A DNA stretch of 64,000 bases from a virus (lineage: Duplodnaviria; Caudoviricetes): IMG/VR virus record IMGVR_UViG_3300007083_000004, positions 64,001-128,000 of that record; one strand, written 5' to 3'. Shown here piece by piece: positions 39,769 through 49,796 of the stretch. Each line of letters starts with the position of its first letter. The first letter of the stretch is position 1. The position numbers and the translations under genes were made by a program. The notes below the pieces were generated by a model. The model was given only the letters and a program-made list of their open reading frames with translations, had not been told where the DNA came from and searched no databases.

Positions 39769-42396
39769 ATGGACTATGATACCAATAATTACCTGGTAGA
39801 CCATGCTATTAAAAATATTTATAGCTCACCAGGCCAAGACAGGCAGTTCAGAATCAGACCAAAACGTTTAAGTAAAAAAGGCGGTACTTTAGTTAGATTG
39901 GAATTGAATTGGTTAAGGATATATTTACCAGATACCAAGAATTATTGGTATGTTTACATGATAGGACAATTACATCCTTACTATTTAGGATTATTTCCTG
40001 TTCAAAATAAATGGGTTAGTTTATCTGAAGTCTCAAATCAAATGGCCATGAGTGCCTATATGTATAATGATGCTGGTGTTATTATACCCAGGTTCGAGAC
40101 TTATTACATGGTAAATGATGCTAGAAACTTGATTTTAGCAGTTAGGGAAAGAAAAGGTTTAATAAATGTAAATTATGATGATGAAGATTTATTTTTCAGA
40201 GTCTACACCAATGCCTTTTGGGAAACACAAAGATCGCATTACCATCAAGATAAAATCATAACTGATGGTATTTATATAAATTCAAACCAGGATATTGCAG
40301 ATGCCAAAGCGCAGTACGATTTATTAAAAAATAAACCAAGAGGTAGTGTTTATGCTTTAATTAACGGATATTGGGCAGATGATATAAATCCTGGTAATAC
40401 CAAAATAGGTTATTTGGTAGAATGGGTTTATGATGCATCAATTATCAGGGTAGTTAATTTCAATATAAACTCTTTAAGGGATTTTGATTCTACTTTAGAT
40501 AGTGAAAGAAAATATTTATTGCATTACAATATAAACAATTCTCTTAACCAAAGAATCCATTATCAGGACGATGTGGAATTGTTTATATATGAACCTAAAT
40601 CAAATCCCAATACTTCTAATGGTATTTATTATCATAAGAATACAGCTCGTGCCATGAGGCAAATTACGCATAAAGATTATTCCATTAGTGTGGCTTTAGT
40701 CAATAGCTTGGTCTCTAAACATCCTAACTGGAATGTAGCTAGTGGTAAAAGAATTAGAATGTATATCAGGGATGCTGGATTTAAAAGAGATTTGATATAT
40801 GAAAATGCTCGTATACATGAATTATATAAATTACCCAGTAATGAGATACAAAAAATATTGGTGGGCGACGGTGCCGTTGTTCCTGTTTGGTTAGCTGCCA
40901 ATCTAGAGAACAATATGTATACGAGAATCATTGCTGCCGAATATAAAGACATTGATTTAGATAAAGTTACTAAAGCTTATGGTTATAATGCTATTTCTAA
41001 ATTAGTAGCGGATACTCCTACAAAAGTTGATATCCAATCTGGATTAAAAGGAATAAATTTATCTGAAGGTTTCAGATATATGTGTTCTTTTTACGAATAT
41101 AGTCCCCAAGGAGTGTTAATTGGATATACCAATCAATTCAATCCTCCTCAACGCTATATTGCAAATAACGTAAATTGTGAAACCGTGGAAGTTTTAAAAG
41201 GAATAGGTTGGAATCAATTAGAAGAATTTGTCGATCAAGCGATTATTCCCAATTTTAAAGAGCATTTATGGAATTTCAGATGTTATATAAACATATGGGA
41301 TAATAACGATCAGCGATTTAAATGGCAGGATGTAACTGATTCCAATATGTATGCCATTGATGATTCTACTGGAGAATTTAAATGGATAGCTGATATAACA
41401 ACTTTTAACAAAGCTGTGGTCAGAACTGATAAATTTTATTTAAGACAATCCTCTCCAATGCAATCTAAAGATGGTTTATTGGAATTTGATTTATCGGAAA
41501 AAATCGTTGTAAACGGTAAAGATACCTGGAGGGTATTGGAAATACCCATGGGTGAACTGGATGTATTTCTAAATGGTAGATTATTGATTAGAGGTATCGA
41601 CTATAATGTACATTTTCCCAGAGTGGTTATATTTAATAAAAAATATAGACTGAATGATGATACTGGATTTGAAAATGTGATGTATAGGTATCGAGGATTT
41701 TGTAAAAAGGATTTAACGCACGAAAGAGCCGAAGATGTAGGATATATTAAATACAAAGCCATCAGTAGAAATAATGTATTTAATTTGAAAGACGATAGGG
41801 TCTTAAGAATCGTAGTAGATGGTAGATTAAGACGCCAAGACGAATTAGAGTGGAGTGAGGATGGTACCATGGTAACTATTCCAAATGCTCAAAATGGTTT
41901 ACCTTATGCCGTAAGAGATATAATGGTACCATTGGGTAATGAAACCAAATTCGTCAATAAAGACGATTATGAATTTAGAGAAGAGTCTAGAATAATAGAT
42001 AAACAAGTCTCCGATTATCTATCTACCAAAATTAAAGATCCTCCTACCAATGCATTAAACGTAATTCCTGAGAGATATCCTGTATTTTCTCCATTCTTAT
42101 GCAAAATAGCTTTTGATTTGAAATGGGGTGTAATAGATGATTCGTTAATAGTAGGTCAACATTATGGTCAATCTGTAATCGAACAATTATGTCAACCCTA
42201 TTTATATCTATTAAAATTCGATCCTACTCAAGTACAAAATAAATTAGATCCTGATTACGTGATAGTGCATCCAACGCATTTATTTACTCCAATAGAAAGA
42301 AGTATATGGCACTATGATTTTTTAACCAGAGTCATTACGTTATATATGCCAGATTCTGTGGAACAATTAAATCATTTCATTACAATTGAACAATAG
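39769..42396 (+). CDS. Virion structural / baseplate protein (phiKZ gp27-like)
   Basis: 875 aa; PGQDRQ, MRQITHKDYS, AYGYNA, VFLNGRLLIRGIDY; synteny. Confidence 0.75.
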   Translation: MDYDTNNYLVDHAIKNIYSSPGQDRQFRIRPKRLSKKGGTLVRLELNWLRIYLPDTKNYWYVYMIGQLHPYYLGLFPVQNKWVSLSEVSNQMAMSAYMYNDAGVIIPRFETYYMVNDARNLILAVRERKGLINVNYDDEDLFFRVYTNAFWETQRSHYHQDKIITDGIYINSNQDIADAKAQYDLLKNKPRGSVYALINGYWADDINPGNTKIGYLVEWVYDASIIRVVNFNINSLRDFDSTLDSERKYLLHYNINNSLNQRIHYQDDVELFIYEPKSNPNTSNGIYYHKNTARAMRQITHKDYSISVALVNSLVSKHPNWNVASGKRIRMYIRDAGFKRDLIYENARIHELYKLPSNEIQKILVGDGAVVPVWLAANLENNMYTRIIAAEYKDIDLDKVTKAYGYNAISKLVADTPTKVDIQSGLKGINLSEGFRYMCSFYEYSPQGVLIGYTNQFNPPQRYIANNVNCETVEVLKGIGWNQLEEFVDQAIIPNFKEHLWNFRCYINIWDNNDQRFKWQDVTDSNMYAIDDSTGEFKWIADITTFNKAVVRTDKFYLRQSSPMQSKDGLLEFDLSEKIVVNGKDTWRVLEIPMGELDVFLNGRLLIRGIDYNVHFPRVVIFNKKYRLNDDTGFENVMYRYRGFCKKDLTHERAEDVGYIKYKAISRNNVFNLKDDRVLRIVVDGRLRRQDELEWSEDGTMVTIPNAQNGLPYAVRDIMVPLGNETKFVNKDDYEFREESRIIDKQVSDYLSTKIKDPPTNALNVIPERYPVFSPFLCKIAFDLKWGVIDDSLIVGQHYGQSVIEQLCQPYLYLLKFDPTQVQNKLDPDYVIVHPTHLFTPIERSIWHYDFLTRVITLYMPDSVEQLNHFITIEQ

Positions 42397-42416
42397 AGAA
42401 TTTAAAGAGGATATAA

Positions 42417-44123
42417 ATGGCTGACCCACAAATACCCACTACCCCACTGCCATGGGGTACGGATGGTGCTGTACCTGTAAAAGATTGGGATACCAATTCT
42501 TTATGGAGAGCATGGTCCATGAAACAAATTTATTTAGGTAATATAGGAACCGGTAAGTTTATACCTAAAATAGATGATTACGTAGTCGATACCGATACCA
42601 ATATAACCTATAAAGTAGTACATTTAAATGATTTCTGGATACCTACATTAGAAAGAGTTACTCCACTACAAACATTTGATAGTGATGCTGAAGATATCTT
42701 TATAGGTAGTGGGGATACTACATATCGTTGTTATATCGATAAATCTGTAGTACCACACAGAATGCAGGTAGATGCCAGATGTTATGTTAATTCTACTGCA
42801 TCAGCTACCGCCAGAGTCTATCGAGGTAATCCCTTTAATGGTACTGAAGAAATAATTTCTTTAGTAATGGATAATTCTGGTTTGGTAATAGATACACAAA
42901 TTCCACTAGTATTATCTTATATTCCTAATGGACAAAATGTATCCCAGTGGTATGTACCCACTGCATATACAAACCACGATATCCAAAATGGCGAAATGCT
43001 TTACATCGTCTTTTATGATAGTACTGGTGCAATACTATCATCCAGACGCTTATTGGCATCCATAACAGCCTTTACTGTAGGAACTGACGTCGGTATAGCG
43101 GCAGTTATCGGGATAGCCTTAGAAGGTCCTCTAATGAGTACTATGGTACCAAATAGATTAGAGGTGCCATTAAACCTGACATTAAATTCGATTAATTTAG
43201 AAGGTGTAGTCCATTATAATTCAGGATTACCTAAACGGTATCCTGTAAATGGAATCAGATTTGATTTAATGGGTATGAACGCATTTGTTCCTACTCAAGC
43301 AGGTCAGCATTTTCCTATGGTATTAAAGTATAATTTATTACAAAATGAAGTATCTTATACCGGCGGCATAATTGGTACAGATAGATTCATTACAGAAATA
43401 ATTGATGTTCAAGTTGTTGATGTAGAAAATCAATTAACTGTTAAATTATACGTTTATCCCAGATGGATTGATAATATTAATGGTTATACTCTAACATTTT
43501 TCCTGATGAACTTAGATAGAAACGTTTTATATGACGTTACTACATTGGTGCAATTAGGAAACAATTCTCCTGCATTTAATCCATTTCAATATGGTACTAA
43601 ACAACAATTGATTTACAGGATAAATTTAAACCACGTCAATTCGTCGTGGAGATCGTTTATTCATGTACAAACGATTGGCATAACGTTATTAGCTCCAGGA
43701 TCTCAACTAGGCCAACAAACTCTATTTAGGGTAAACTTCGATCCTCTACAGAATCCTGAATTCGGTCAAGACATTATGGTAAAATCCAAATTCATAAATC
43801 AAAACATTTCTGAAGTTTTAGTACAATCAGGATTTGGCTCTAAAGAACAGTTTTTAGAACATTTCTATGATAATACAAAACCATTATTAGATCCTAATCT
43901 AGAATCTCACGCTCCAGAACCTACTCACATGGTTTTTATGAACCAAATGGGTAATTGGTCCGTTAGATTAAAGATTTCCGATTATTGGAATAAGAAATTT
44001 ACTACAAATTTCCCTGTAAATCATGGCGAACAATGGTTCTTGAAATTTGTTAAAGAAACAGGACAGCAAGACCTGGATTTATCTATAGCCGGTTTTATCG
44101 TTGAAGGTGTAAATAGTTGGTAA
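42417..44123 (+). CDS. Virion structural protein (phiKZ gp26-like)
   Basis: 568 aa; GTDGAVP, GTGKFIPKIDDYV, KLYVYPRW, APEPTH; synteny. Confidence 0.75.
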   Translation: MADPQIPTTPLPWGTDGAVPVKDWDTNSLWRAWSMKQIYLGNIGTGKFIPKIDDYVVDTDTNITYKVVHLNDFWIPTLERVTPLQTFDSDAEDIFIGSGDTTYRCYIDKSVVPHRMQVDARCYVNSTASATARVYRGNPFNGTEEIISLVMDNSGLVIDTQIPLVLSYIPNGQNVSQWYVPTAYTNHDIQNGEMLYIVFYDSTGAILSSRRLLASITAFTVGTDVGIAAVIGIALEGPLMSTMVPNRLEVPLNLTLNSINLEGVVHYNSGLPKRYPVNGIRFDLMGMNAFVPTQAGQHFPMVLKYNLLQNEVSYTGGIIGTDRFITEIIDVQVVDVENQLTVKLYVYPRWIDNINGYTLTFFLMNLDRNVLYDVTTLVQLGNNSPAFNPFQYGTKQQLIYRINLNHVNSSWRSFIHVQTIGITLLAPGSQLGQQTLFRVNFDPLQNPEFGQDIMVKSKFINQNISEVLVQSGFGSKEQFLEHFYDNTKPLLDPNLESHAPEPTHMVFMNQMGNWSVRLKISDYWNKKFTTNFPVNHGEQWFLKFVKETGQQDLDLSIAGFIVEGVNSW

Positions 44124-44143
44124 ATTAATAAATAAGAGAACAT

Positions 44144-44183
44144 ATATACCCTACAGGAGCATGAATGCTCCTGTAGGGTATAT
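44144..44183. terminator. Bidirectional terminator hairpin (19-bp stem)
   Basis: ATATACCCTACAGGAGCAT-ga-ATGCTCCTGTAGGGTATAT. Confidence 0.8.
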
Positions 44184-44199
44184 TATACTTTAGTTCATA

Positions 44200-44478
44200 T
44201 TAAGCTATAACTAAAACTTGGTCTCCAATACGATCTATATTTGAAAAACCAATATAATCCAACGAAGTCATAAACCAGTTAAATATTTCCTCTTTTACTT
44301 CTCTACCCAGAAGACGTAGATCTAATTCAAAAGTATTTAAATTAAATTCATTGCAATAAATATTGGCAATGTCGTCTGGATTGAATAATAAAGCTGGTTC
44401 ATTGGAATTGTTTACAGATATATCTGACAAATAATCAAAAACAGTCATTGATGGTAATAATTGATATATAAAGAACAT
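44200..44478 (-). CDS. Small hypothetical protein
   Basis: 92-aa ORF; true start may be the internal ATG (MTVFDY). Confidence 0.55.
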   Translation of the reverse strand: MFFIYQLLPSMTVFDYLSDISVNNSNEPALLFNPDDIANIYCNEFNLNTFELDLRLLGREVKEEIFNWFMTSLDYIGFSNIDRIGDQVLVIA

Positions 44479-44534
44479 AAGAATAATGTCAGTAGAACTA
44501 CTGACATTATATATAAATTCAATATATTTTTTTA

Positions 44535-44714
44535 TTAATTAAAAATTAAATTATGACCACCACTTACTTTTTCTAATTGATCATATTCATAAACTTTTAT
44601 AGATTCATAAAACCAATTCAAAACTTTTGAATCAACAGAATCTTTATTATCTCCATTATCGGAATTATACGTTTGTAATAGTTCGTCATCACTTACGAAT
44701 ATTGTTTTACTCAT
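44535..44714 (-). CDS. Small acidic hypothetical protein (59 aa)
   Basis: AAAGGAAA RBS; MSKTIFVSDDELLQTY...VLNWFYESIK; below the ORF-track cutoff. Confidence 0.65.
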   Translation of the reverse strand: MSKTIFVSDDELLQTYNSDNGDNKDSVDSKVLNWFYESIKVYEYDQLEKVSGGHNLIFN

Positions 44715-44811
44715 TTTATAAAATTTCCTTTGAGTTAAATAACATCGATAATTTTAGTAGAATTTATTCCCTACTACATTATTAAAGATTACTTTAAAAT
44801 AACTTAATAAA

Positions 44812-44848
44812 TATATTATTAATTTGATAGTCAAATCAATATACTATC
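44812..44848 (+). promoter_or_regulatory. Putative early promoter with 5' hairpin
   Basis: TATATTAT-TAATT-TG, then GATAGT...ACTATC. Confidence 0.6.
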
Positions 44849-44888
44849 GTTTTTCATTTTTGTCGTTATTTCAAAAGGAGCTTTTGTC

Positions 44889-45338
44889 ATGTCTAACATC
44901 ATTAATGTATATTTCGCAGTAAACGATTCGAGCATCAATTACAATGGTAAACCTAATTTAGAAGCTGATGCCGATAAAATATACGACCTGAGGCGATTAA
45001 TTAATCAATTAAACGAACTGCTGGTAAAAAGTTCTAACATAATCAAAACACCAAATATATTTGCATTAACTATAGTGAATGACGATAAAGGTGAACCTAA
45101 ATGGATTTATCTTTATTATTTAAACAATAAACTAGAAATAAAGTGTAAATCTTTAACAAATTCATTCTGGACAGAATCCTTATACTATACTGGTAAAGGT
45201 TATGAAAATAACCCCGTTATTTCAAATCGTTTTGTTATTGAAAGGGATGCGGAAAAAAACACAATTCTGGTTTCTCAAATTGTTGAATTCACTAAAGGCG
45301 ATCCAGCGGCAATCGAGTATCGTTTTATAATGGACTGA
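44889..45338 (+). CDS. Hypothetical early protein
   Basis: 149 aa; AAGGAG RBS; own promoter and terminator. Confidence 0.75.
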   Translation: MSNIINVYFAVNDSSINYNGKPNLEADADKIYDLRRLINQLNELLVKSSNIIKTPNIFALTIVNDDKGEPKWIYLYYLNNKLEIKCKSLTNSFWTESLYYTGKGYENNPVISNRFVIERDAEKNTILVSQIVEFTKGDPAAIEYRFIMD

Positions 45339-45342
45339 TTAA

Positions 45343-45380
45343 TTTATACCTAGAGACCAACATTGGTCTCTAGGTATAAA
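45343..45380. terminator. Bidirectional terminator hairpin
   Basis: TTTATACCTAGAGACCAA-ca-TTGGTCTCTAGGTATAAA. Confidence 0.8.
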
Positions 45381-45381
45381 A

Positions 45382-45720
45382 TCATTTATATTTAAACTGA
45401 ATCATCAATCTATAATTTTTTGTCCATTTACTCTTTAATACGACTATGTTAGAATATTTTTCTTTTATTATTTTAACGTTTTCTTTTGTGTTATCAACTA
45501 ATTCATTCAGCATTAATCTATGTTCTTTTTCATAAGCAAATGTATTTACATCTATATCGAAATTATTTATACTCTCTAAAGAATATTTCAATGAATTTTT
45601 TATTTCATCCAATAAAACGGAGTTATATTTATTCTTTAATTCAATAACCGGTTTATTATTGGTAAAGAATAAAACATTTACCAATCTAAATGGTTTTATT
45701 TCACTGACTATCTTCATCAT
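45382..45720 (-). CDS. Hypothetical protein
   Basis: 112-aa ORF with AAGG RBS. Confidence 0.6.
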   Translation of the reverse strand: MMKIVSEIKPFRLVNVLFFTNNKPVIELKNKYNSVLLDEIKNSLKYSLESINNFDIDVNTFAYEKEHRLMLNELVDNTKENVKIIKEKYSNIVVLKSKWTKNYRLMIQFKYK

Positions 45721-45813
45721 TTAAAACCTTGATGTTTATGTAATGATCAAATTTTGACATATTATTTAATTTAAATTATTTAGATTAGATAAATAAAAAG
45801 GATTTATAAAAAC

Positions 45814-47934
45814 ATGATTTTATTTAAAGAAGATTGGCATAAATATCCTAAAGCTATACCGAATATAGATACTAAAAACGAATCATTCGTTGATATCTGT
45901 TACATACTAAGGGGTTTGGGTGTTAACAATCATTTATTTCCATTAAGTCTACATAACCCAGATATAAAAGATATTGATCCTCATGGTGAAAATTTAAGTA
46001 TAGAAGAAAAAGGATTGATAACCAAAGAGTGTTTCGAGAATCCCTGGTATTATTTTCGTGAAGTAGCTAGAATACCAGTTCAGGGTGCAATGAAACCAAT
46101 CAAGGTAAAAGCCAATAGAGGAAATATTGCTTTATGGTGGTGTTACTTTAATCACATTACTACATTCTTGGTTCAACCCCGTCAAACAGGTAAATCTGTC
46201 ACCATGGCTAACCTGGATAGGTATCTATTGAATTTTGGGTTAGTACACAGTTCAATTCACTTATTGACTAAAGAAGATCAATTAAGAAGAAACGATGTAG
46301 AAAGATTAAAGGAATATGAAGAGATATTGCCTGAATATCTAAGAAGAACTGTAAAGAAGAAAGATCCTAACAATCAGGAATATATTTATTTATCCGCTGT
46401 AGAAAACAAATATGAGACTCATGTACCCAGGATGGATGAAAAAGGGGCATATAAGGTCGGTAGGGGCTTTACGAGTGCTAACATCAGGATAGATGAGTTC
46501 GCATACATTTCTTGGTTAAAAGCAACTCTAACAACCATTATCAGCGCAACGAATGCAGCATTCGAATCAGCTAAAGAAAACAAAGCTCATCATGGAATTA
46601 TACTGGCTACTACGGCAGGTAAAAAAGATGATAGAGATGGTAAATATGCTTATCAGATATTATCATCATCGTTTCCCTTTACTGAAAAGATTTACGATAG
46701 TCAAGATGAGAATGAATTGAGAAAAACCATAATGGCTAATAGCACAAATGGTTATGCCGTTAATTGTACCTTCAATCATCGAATGTTGGGAGTATCTGAT
46801 CAACAACATTATGATAATATTAAAAAAGCCATGATCAGTGGGGAAGAAGCTGATCGTGATTATTTCAATATCTGGACCAGTGGTTCAGTAGGATCTCCAC
46901 TAACGGCTGAACAATTAGACTTCATTCGAGACCATCAAACTGAAAAGTATGTAAACGATATAGATTCCAAAATGAGATATATGACCAAATGGTACGTATC
47001 GTTGGAATCCAGGGACAGACTTATGGAAGCTGGTAATGTGGTAGTAGGAATTGATACCTCAGAAGCCATGGGTAAGGATGAGATAGCCATGCAATACGTG
47101 GATTTAAATACACTACAGGTATTAGGAACATGTTATTGTAATTTGACCAATATCATCGAATATTCTTTATGGTTATTTGATCAAATGCAAAAATGGCCTA
47201 AACTGACCGCTATTATTGAAAGGAGGTCAACTGGTGCTGCCGTAATTGATCAGTTATTATTATCATTTAAGATAGCTGGTCAAAATGCATTTAAAAGAAT
47301 CTATAACAAGATAGCTCAAGATCCCGATAGATTTAAAGAAGAACTAATGGAAATCAGGAGAGCCGATAAATATCAATTAGCCGATATGTATGTTAGATAT
47401 AAATCAGCTTTTGGATATTCTACCTCTGCTAAAGGCGATTCATCCAGATCGATTCTATATGGTCAAGTATTACAAAATGCCGTCAGACACTCCATGGATA
47501 GGATTAATGATATCAAAACCATCAATCAAATCATGTCTTTGACTGTAATCAATGGTAGGGTAGATCATCCTAGGGGCTCCAATGATGATGGTGTAATTGC
47601 ATGGTTATTGACTATTTGGTTTGCCATGTTTGGTAATAATCTATCGTGGTATGGAATAGATCCTACACAAATTATGTCAAATACCATGGTAAAAAAAGAT
47701 GATTCTCAAATGACTGCTGAAGAAAGATATCAATCTAAACTCAAGGATACTATTGTAGATTTAGTAGACGAATTAACGACTACTAAAGACCATTATCTCA
47801 GATTAAAATTAGAGAGTCAAATAAACAATTTAGCTAAAGAAATTAAACAATCCGATGATGAAACATTTAATGTAACGGAATTGATAAAGAAAACTATAGA
47901 ACAAAAGAAAATGAAAAGGAATTTTAATAATTAG
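45814..47934 (+). CDS. terL: Terminase large subunit (phiKZ gp25-like)
   Basis: ENPWYYFRE, Walker A PRQTGKS, Walker B IRIDEFAY, motif III ATTAG, nuclease VVGIDTS and NDDGVIAW. Confidence 0.93.
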   Translation: MILFKEDWHKYPKAIPNIDTKNESFVDICYILRGLGVNNHLFPLSLHNPDIKDIDPHGENLSIEEKGLITKECFENPWYYFREVARIPVQGAMKPIKVKANRGNIALWWCYFNHITTFLVQPRQTGKSVTMANLDRYLLNFGLVHSSIHLLTKEDQLRRNDVERLKEYEEILPEYLRRTVKKKDPNNQEYIYLSAVENKYETHVPRMDEKGAYKVGRGFTSANIRIDEFAYISWLKATLTTIISATNAAFESAKENKAHHGIILATTAGKKDDRDGKYAYQILSSSFPFTEKIYDSQDENELRKTIMANSTNGYAVNCTFNHRMLGVSDQQHYDNIKKAMISGEEADRDYFNIWTSGSVGSPLTAEQLDFIRDHQTEKYVNDIDSKMRYMTKWYVSLESRDRLMEAGNVVVGIDTSEAMGKDEIAMQYVDLNTLQVLGTCYCNLTNIIEYSLWLFDQMQKWPKLTAIIERRSTGAAVIDQLLLSFKIAGQNAFKRIYNKIAQDPDRFKEELMEIRRADKYQLADMYVRYKSAFGYSTSAKGDSSRSILYGQVLQNAVRHSMDRINDIKTINQIMSLTVINGRVDHPRGSNDDGVIAWLLTIWFAMFGNNLSWYGIDPTQIMSNTMVKKDDSQMTAEERYQSKLKDTIVDLVDELTTTKDHYLRLKLESQINNLAKEIKQSDDETFNVTELIKKTIEQKKMKRNFNN

Positions 47935-47987
47935 TTGATGTATAAGAAATACGATAATTTTTTCATCTATAATTAATGCGTAATATG

Positions 47988-48023
47988 TAGAGAGTGATGG
48001 GTCTTTTGACCCATCACTCTCTA
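47988..48023 (+). terminator. Terminator hairpin
   Basis: TAGAGAGTGATGGGTC-tttt-GACCCATCACTCTCTA followed by a T-rich tail. Confidence 0.8.
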
Positions 48024-48029
48024 TTATTT

Positions 48030-49060
48030 TTTATAATCTATAATAAAATTATTTTCTTTTATATTTATTTTTTATAAGAAATCAACAATACACGATATAT
48101 ATTATATTGTCACCGTAATATTTTTTTAAATGATTCCCTATAGTGTGCCTACTCTTTTTCCTCCTGGGGGGAAAGGAGAAAGGGGGGTAGGGGGGTATGA
48201 GGATAGGGGGGGTAAAAAATAAAACTATACTATTATTATTATTATTATTTATAATAATAATAATAATAATAGAAAATAATAACTATATATACGCGCGCGC
48301 GTACATGCGTACGCGCGTACGCGAGATGTGAATTATATAAAAAAATATTAATTTTATAAAAACTAAAAAAAATTAAATTAAAAAAGAAAGTTAGTTAATT
48401 AAATTTCTTCATTCAGAAATTTAATTAAAATGAAAATTCATTTTCCATAAAGAAAAATGAATTTAAAAAACGATGACCCATCCGAGGGTCATCTACAGAC
48501 TGAATAAGAAAAGCATAAACCTAACGGTTTATTAGAAAAAATATCACTATCGTGATATTTTTGAAGTTAGATACAAAAAACTTCATTAATTTAATTTTTG
48601 AAATTAAGTAGTTTAATATAAATCATAAATATCATTTAAATTGATTTTAAGGTATCTAGAAGACCTTAAAATCAAAAAGATATAACTTACCATACCTTTA
48701 ATAAAATACAGGCTTAAAACGCCTGTATTTTAATCCATGAAATTATTCAATAAATTTAAAGAATGAAATAATTTCAACAAATGAAATAGACTTTTCATTT
48801 GACAATGAAAAGAGCTTACGCAATTGAAAAATAAGACCTAATTAATGACCCCCCGGATAACTCCGCTGTTCCAGCTACGTTATCCGACCCCCACGAGCAG
48901 GACGGTATCATCCATAGCCACAATACCTCTGAGAGGCTCAAGATGACCCCTGGAAGCCGATAAAGCCGGGGGGTATGGGGTAAGTATACCCTCGTGTATA
49001 AAACGTCTTAAAAGGGCTAAATTAAAAAATAGATTGAAATCTGATAAATTGAAGTTTTTT
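48030..49060. other. Structured non-coding region (candidate replication origin or packaging site)
   Basis: No ORF; G-tracts, (TAT)n/(ATA)n palindrome, alternating purine-pyrimidine tract and about 10 tandem inverted repeats. Confidence 0.45.
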
Positions 49061-49092
49061 TAATTACTTAATCCAAAAAGGAAATTGAAATA

Positions 49093-49734
49093 ATGTCAAC
49101 TATCAATTTAATCGATGGTGTTGTTTATACCGATGGATATATTGTTAAATATACCGGTAGACCATATAAAATCGATGGAGCTACAATCCGATTTCTTACC
49201 TATAGAGGAAACGTCAATAGCTTTGAAAGATTTATTAATCACATGGATGATTTAGTTGACATCAGGTATTTTGATACTGGCGATGAAATTATTAATATGA
49301 CCAATGACATCGTAGTCATGTTAAAACATTTGCAATATGAAGATCTCGATATTGTATTTGGTGGTTATAACGAAGAGAAGAAAGAATTTCAGCACAAACA
49401 TGTAGATTTTAATATTGGAAAGATTTATAACCTGCATTCCGATATAGTAATAGGCGATGATTTGCCGTTGGTTCCTTTTGTATTGAATTTGGTATCGGAA
49501 CAAAAACTGAAAAAGGATATGTTGGGGCTATTTTGTTTATTTAATAGCGAAGATGAATGTTTGATTGATTATTTTGATGAAAATACGGATAGTATTGTTA
49601 GGTTATATTCGGGATTTATGGATTATATAACTAAAGAACAATATGGTTATGTAGAAAAATGTTCTTATGGTTTAAACAAACGAATCCAGGCGTTGAAAAT
49701 GGGAGAGGTAGAAAAAGGTCAAGAAGATAAATAG
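49093..49734 (+). CDS. Hypothetical protein
   Basis: 213 aa; AAAAGGAAAT RBS. Confidence 0.75.
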   Translation: MSTINLIDGVVYTDGYIVKYTGRPYKIDGATIRFLTYRGNVNSFERFINHMDDLVDIRYFDTGDEIINMTNDIVVMLKHLQYEDLDIVFGGYNEEKKEFQHKHVDFNIGKIYNLHSDIVIGDDLPLVPFVLNLVSEQKLKKDMLGLFCLFNSEDECLIDYFDENTDSIVRLYSGFMDYITKEQYGYVEKCSYGLNKRIQALKMGEVEKGQEDK

Positions 49735-49736
49735 TT

Positions 49737-49784
49737 AAATGGAGATACAGGATGGTGGATATCCACCATCCTGTATCTCCATTT
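49737..49784. terminator. 48-bp perfect palindrome
   Basis: AAATGGAGATACAGGATGGTGGAT/ATCCACCATCCTGTATCTCCATTT. Confidence 0.8.
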
Positions 49785-49796
49785 TGTTTATTTTTG

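Noticed and set aside
26354-47934. Inteins or further introns in RNAP beta and terminase
   Set aside because: No intein C...HN boundaries or LAGLIDADG blocks seen; lengths fit uninterrupted homologs as recalled.
48855-48890. DnaA boxes in GGATAA/TTATCC
   Set aside because: TTATCCGAC and its partner deviate from TTATCCACA; better explained as arms of one hairpin.
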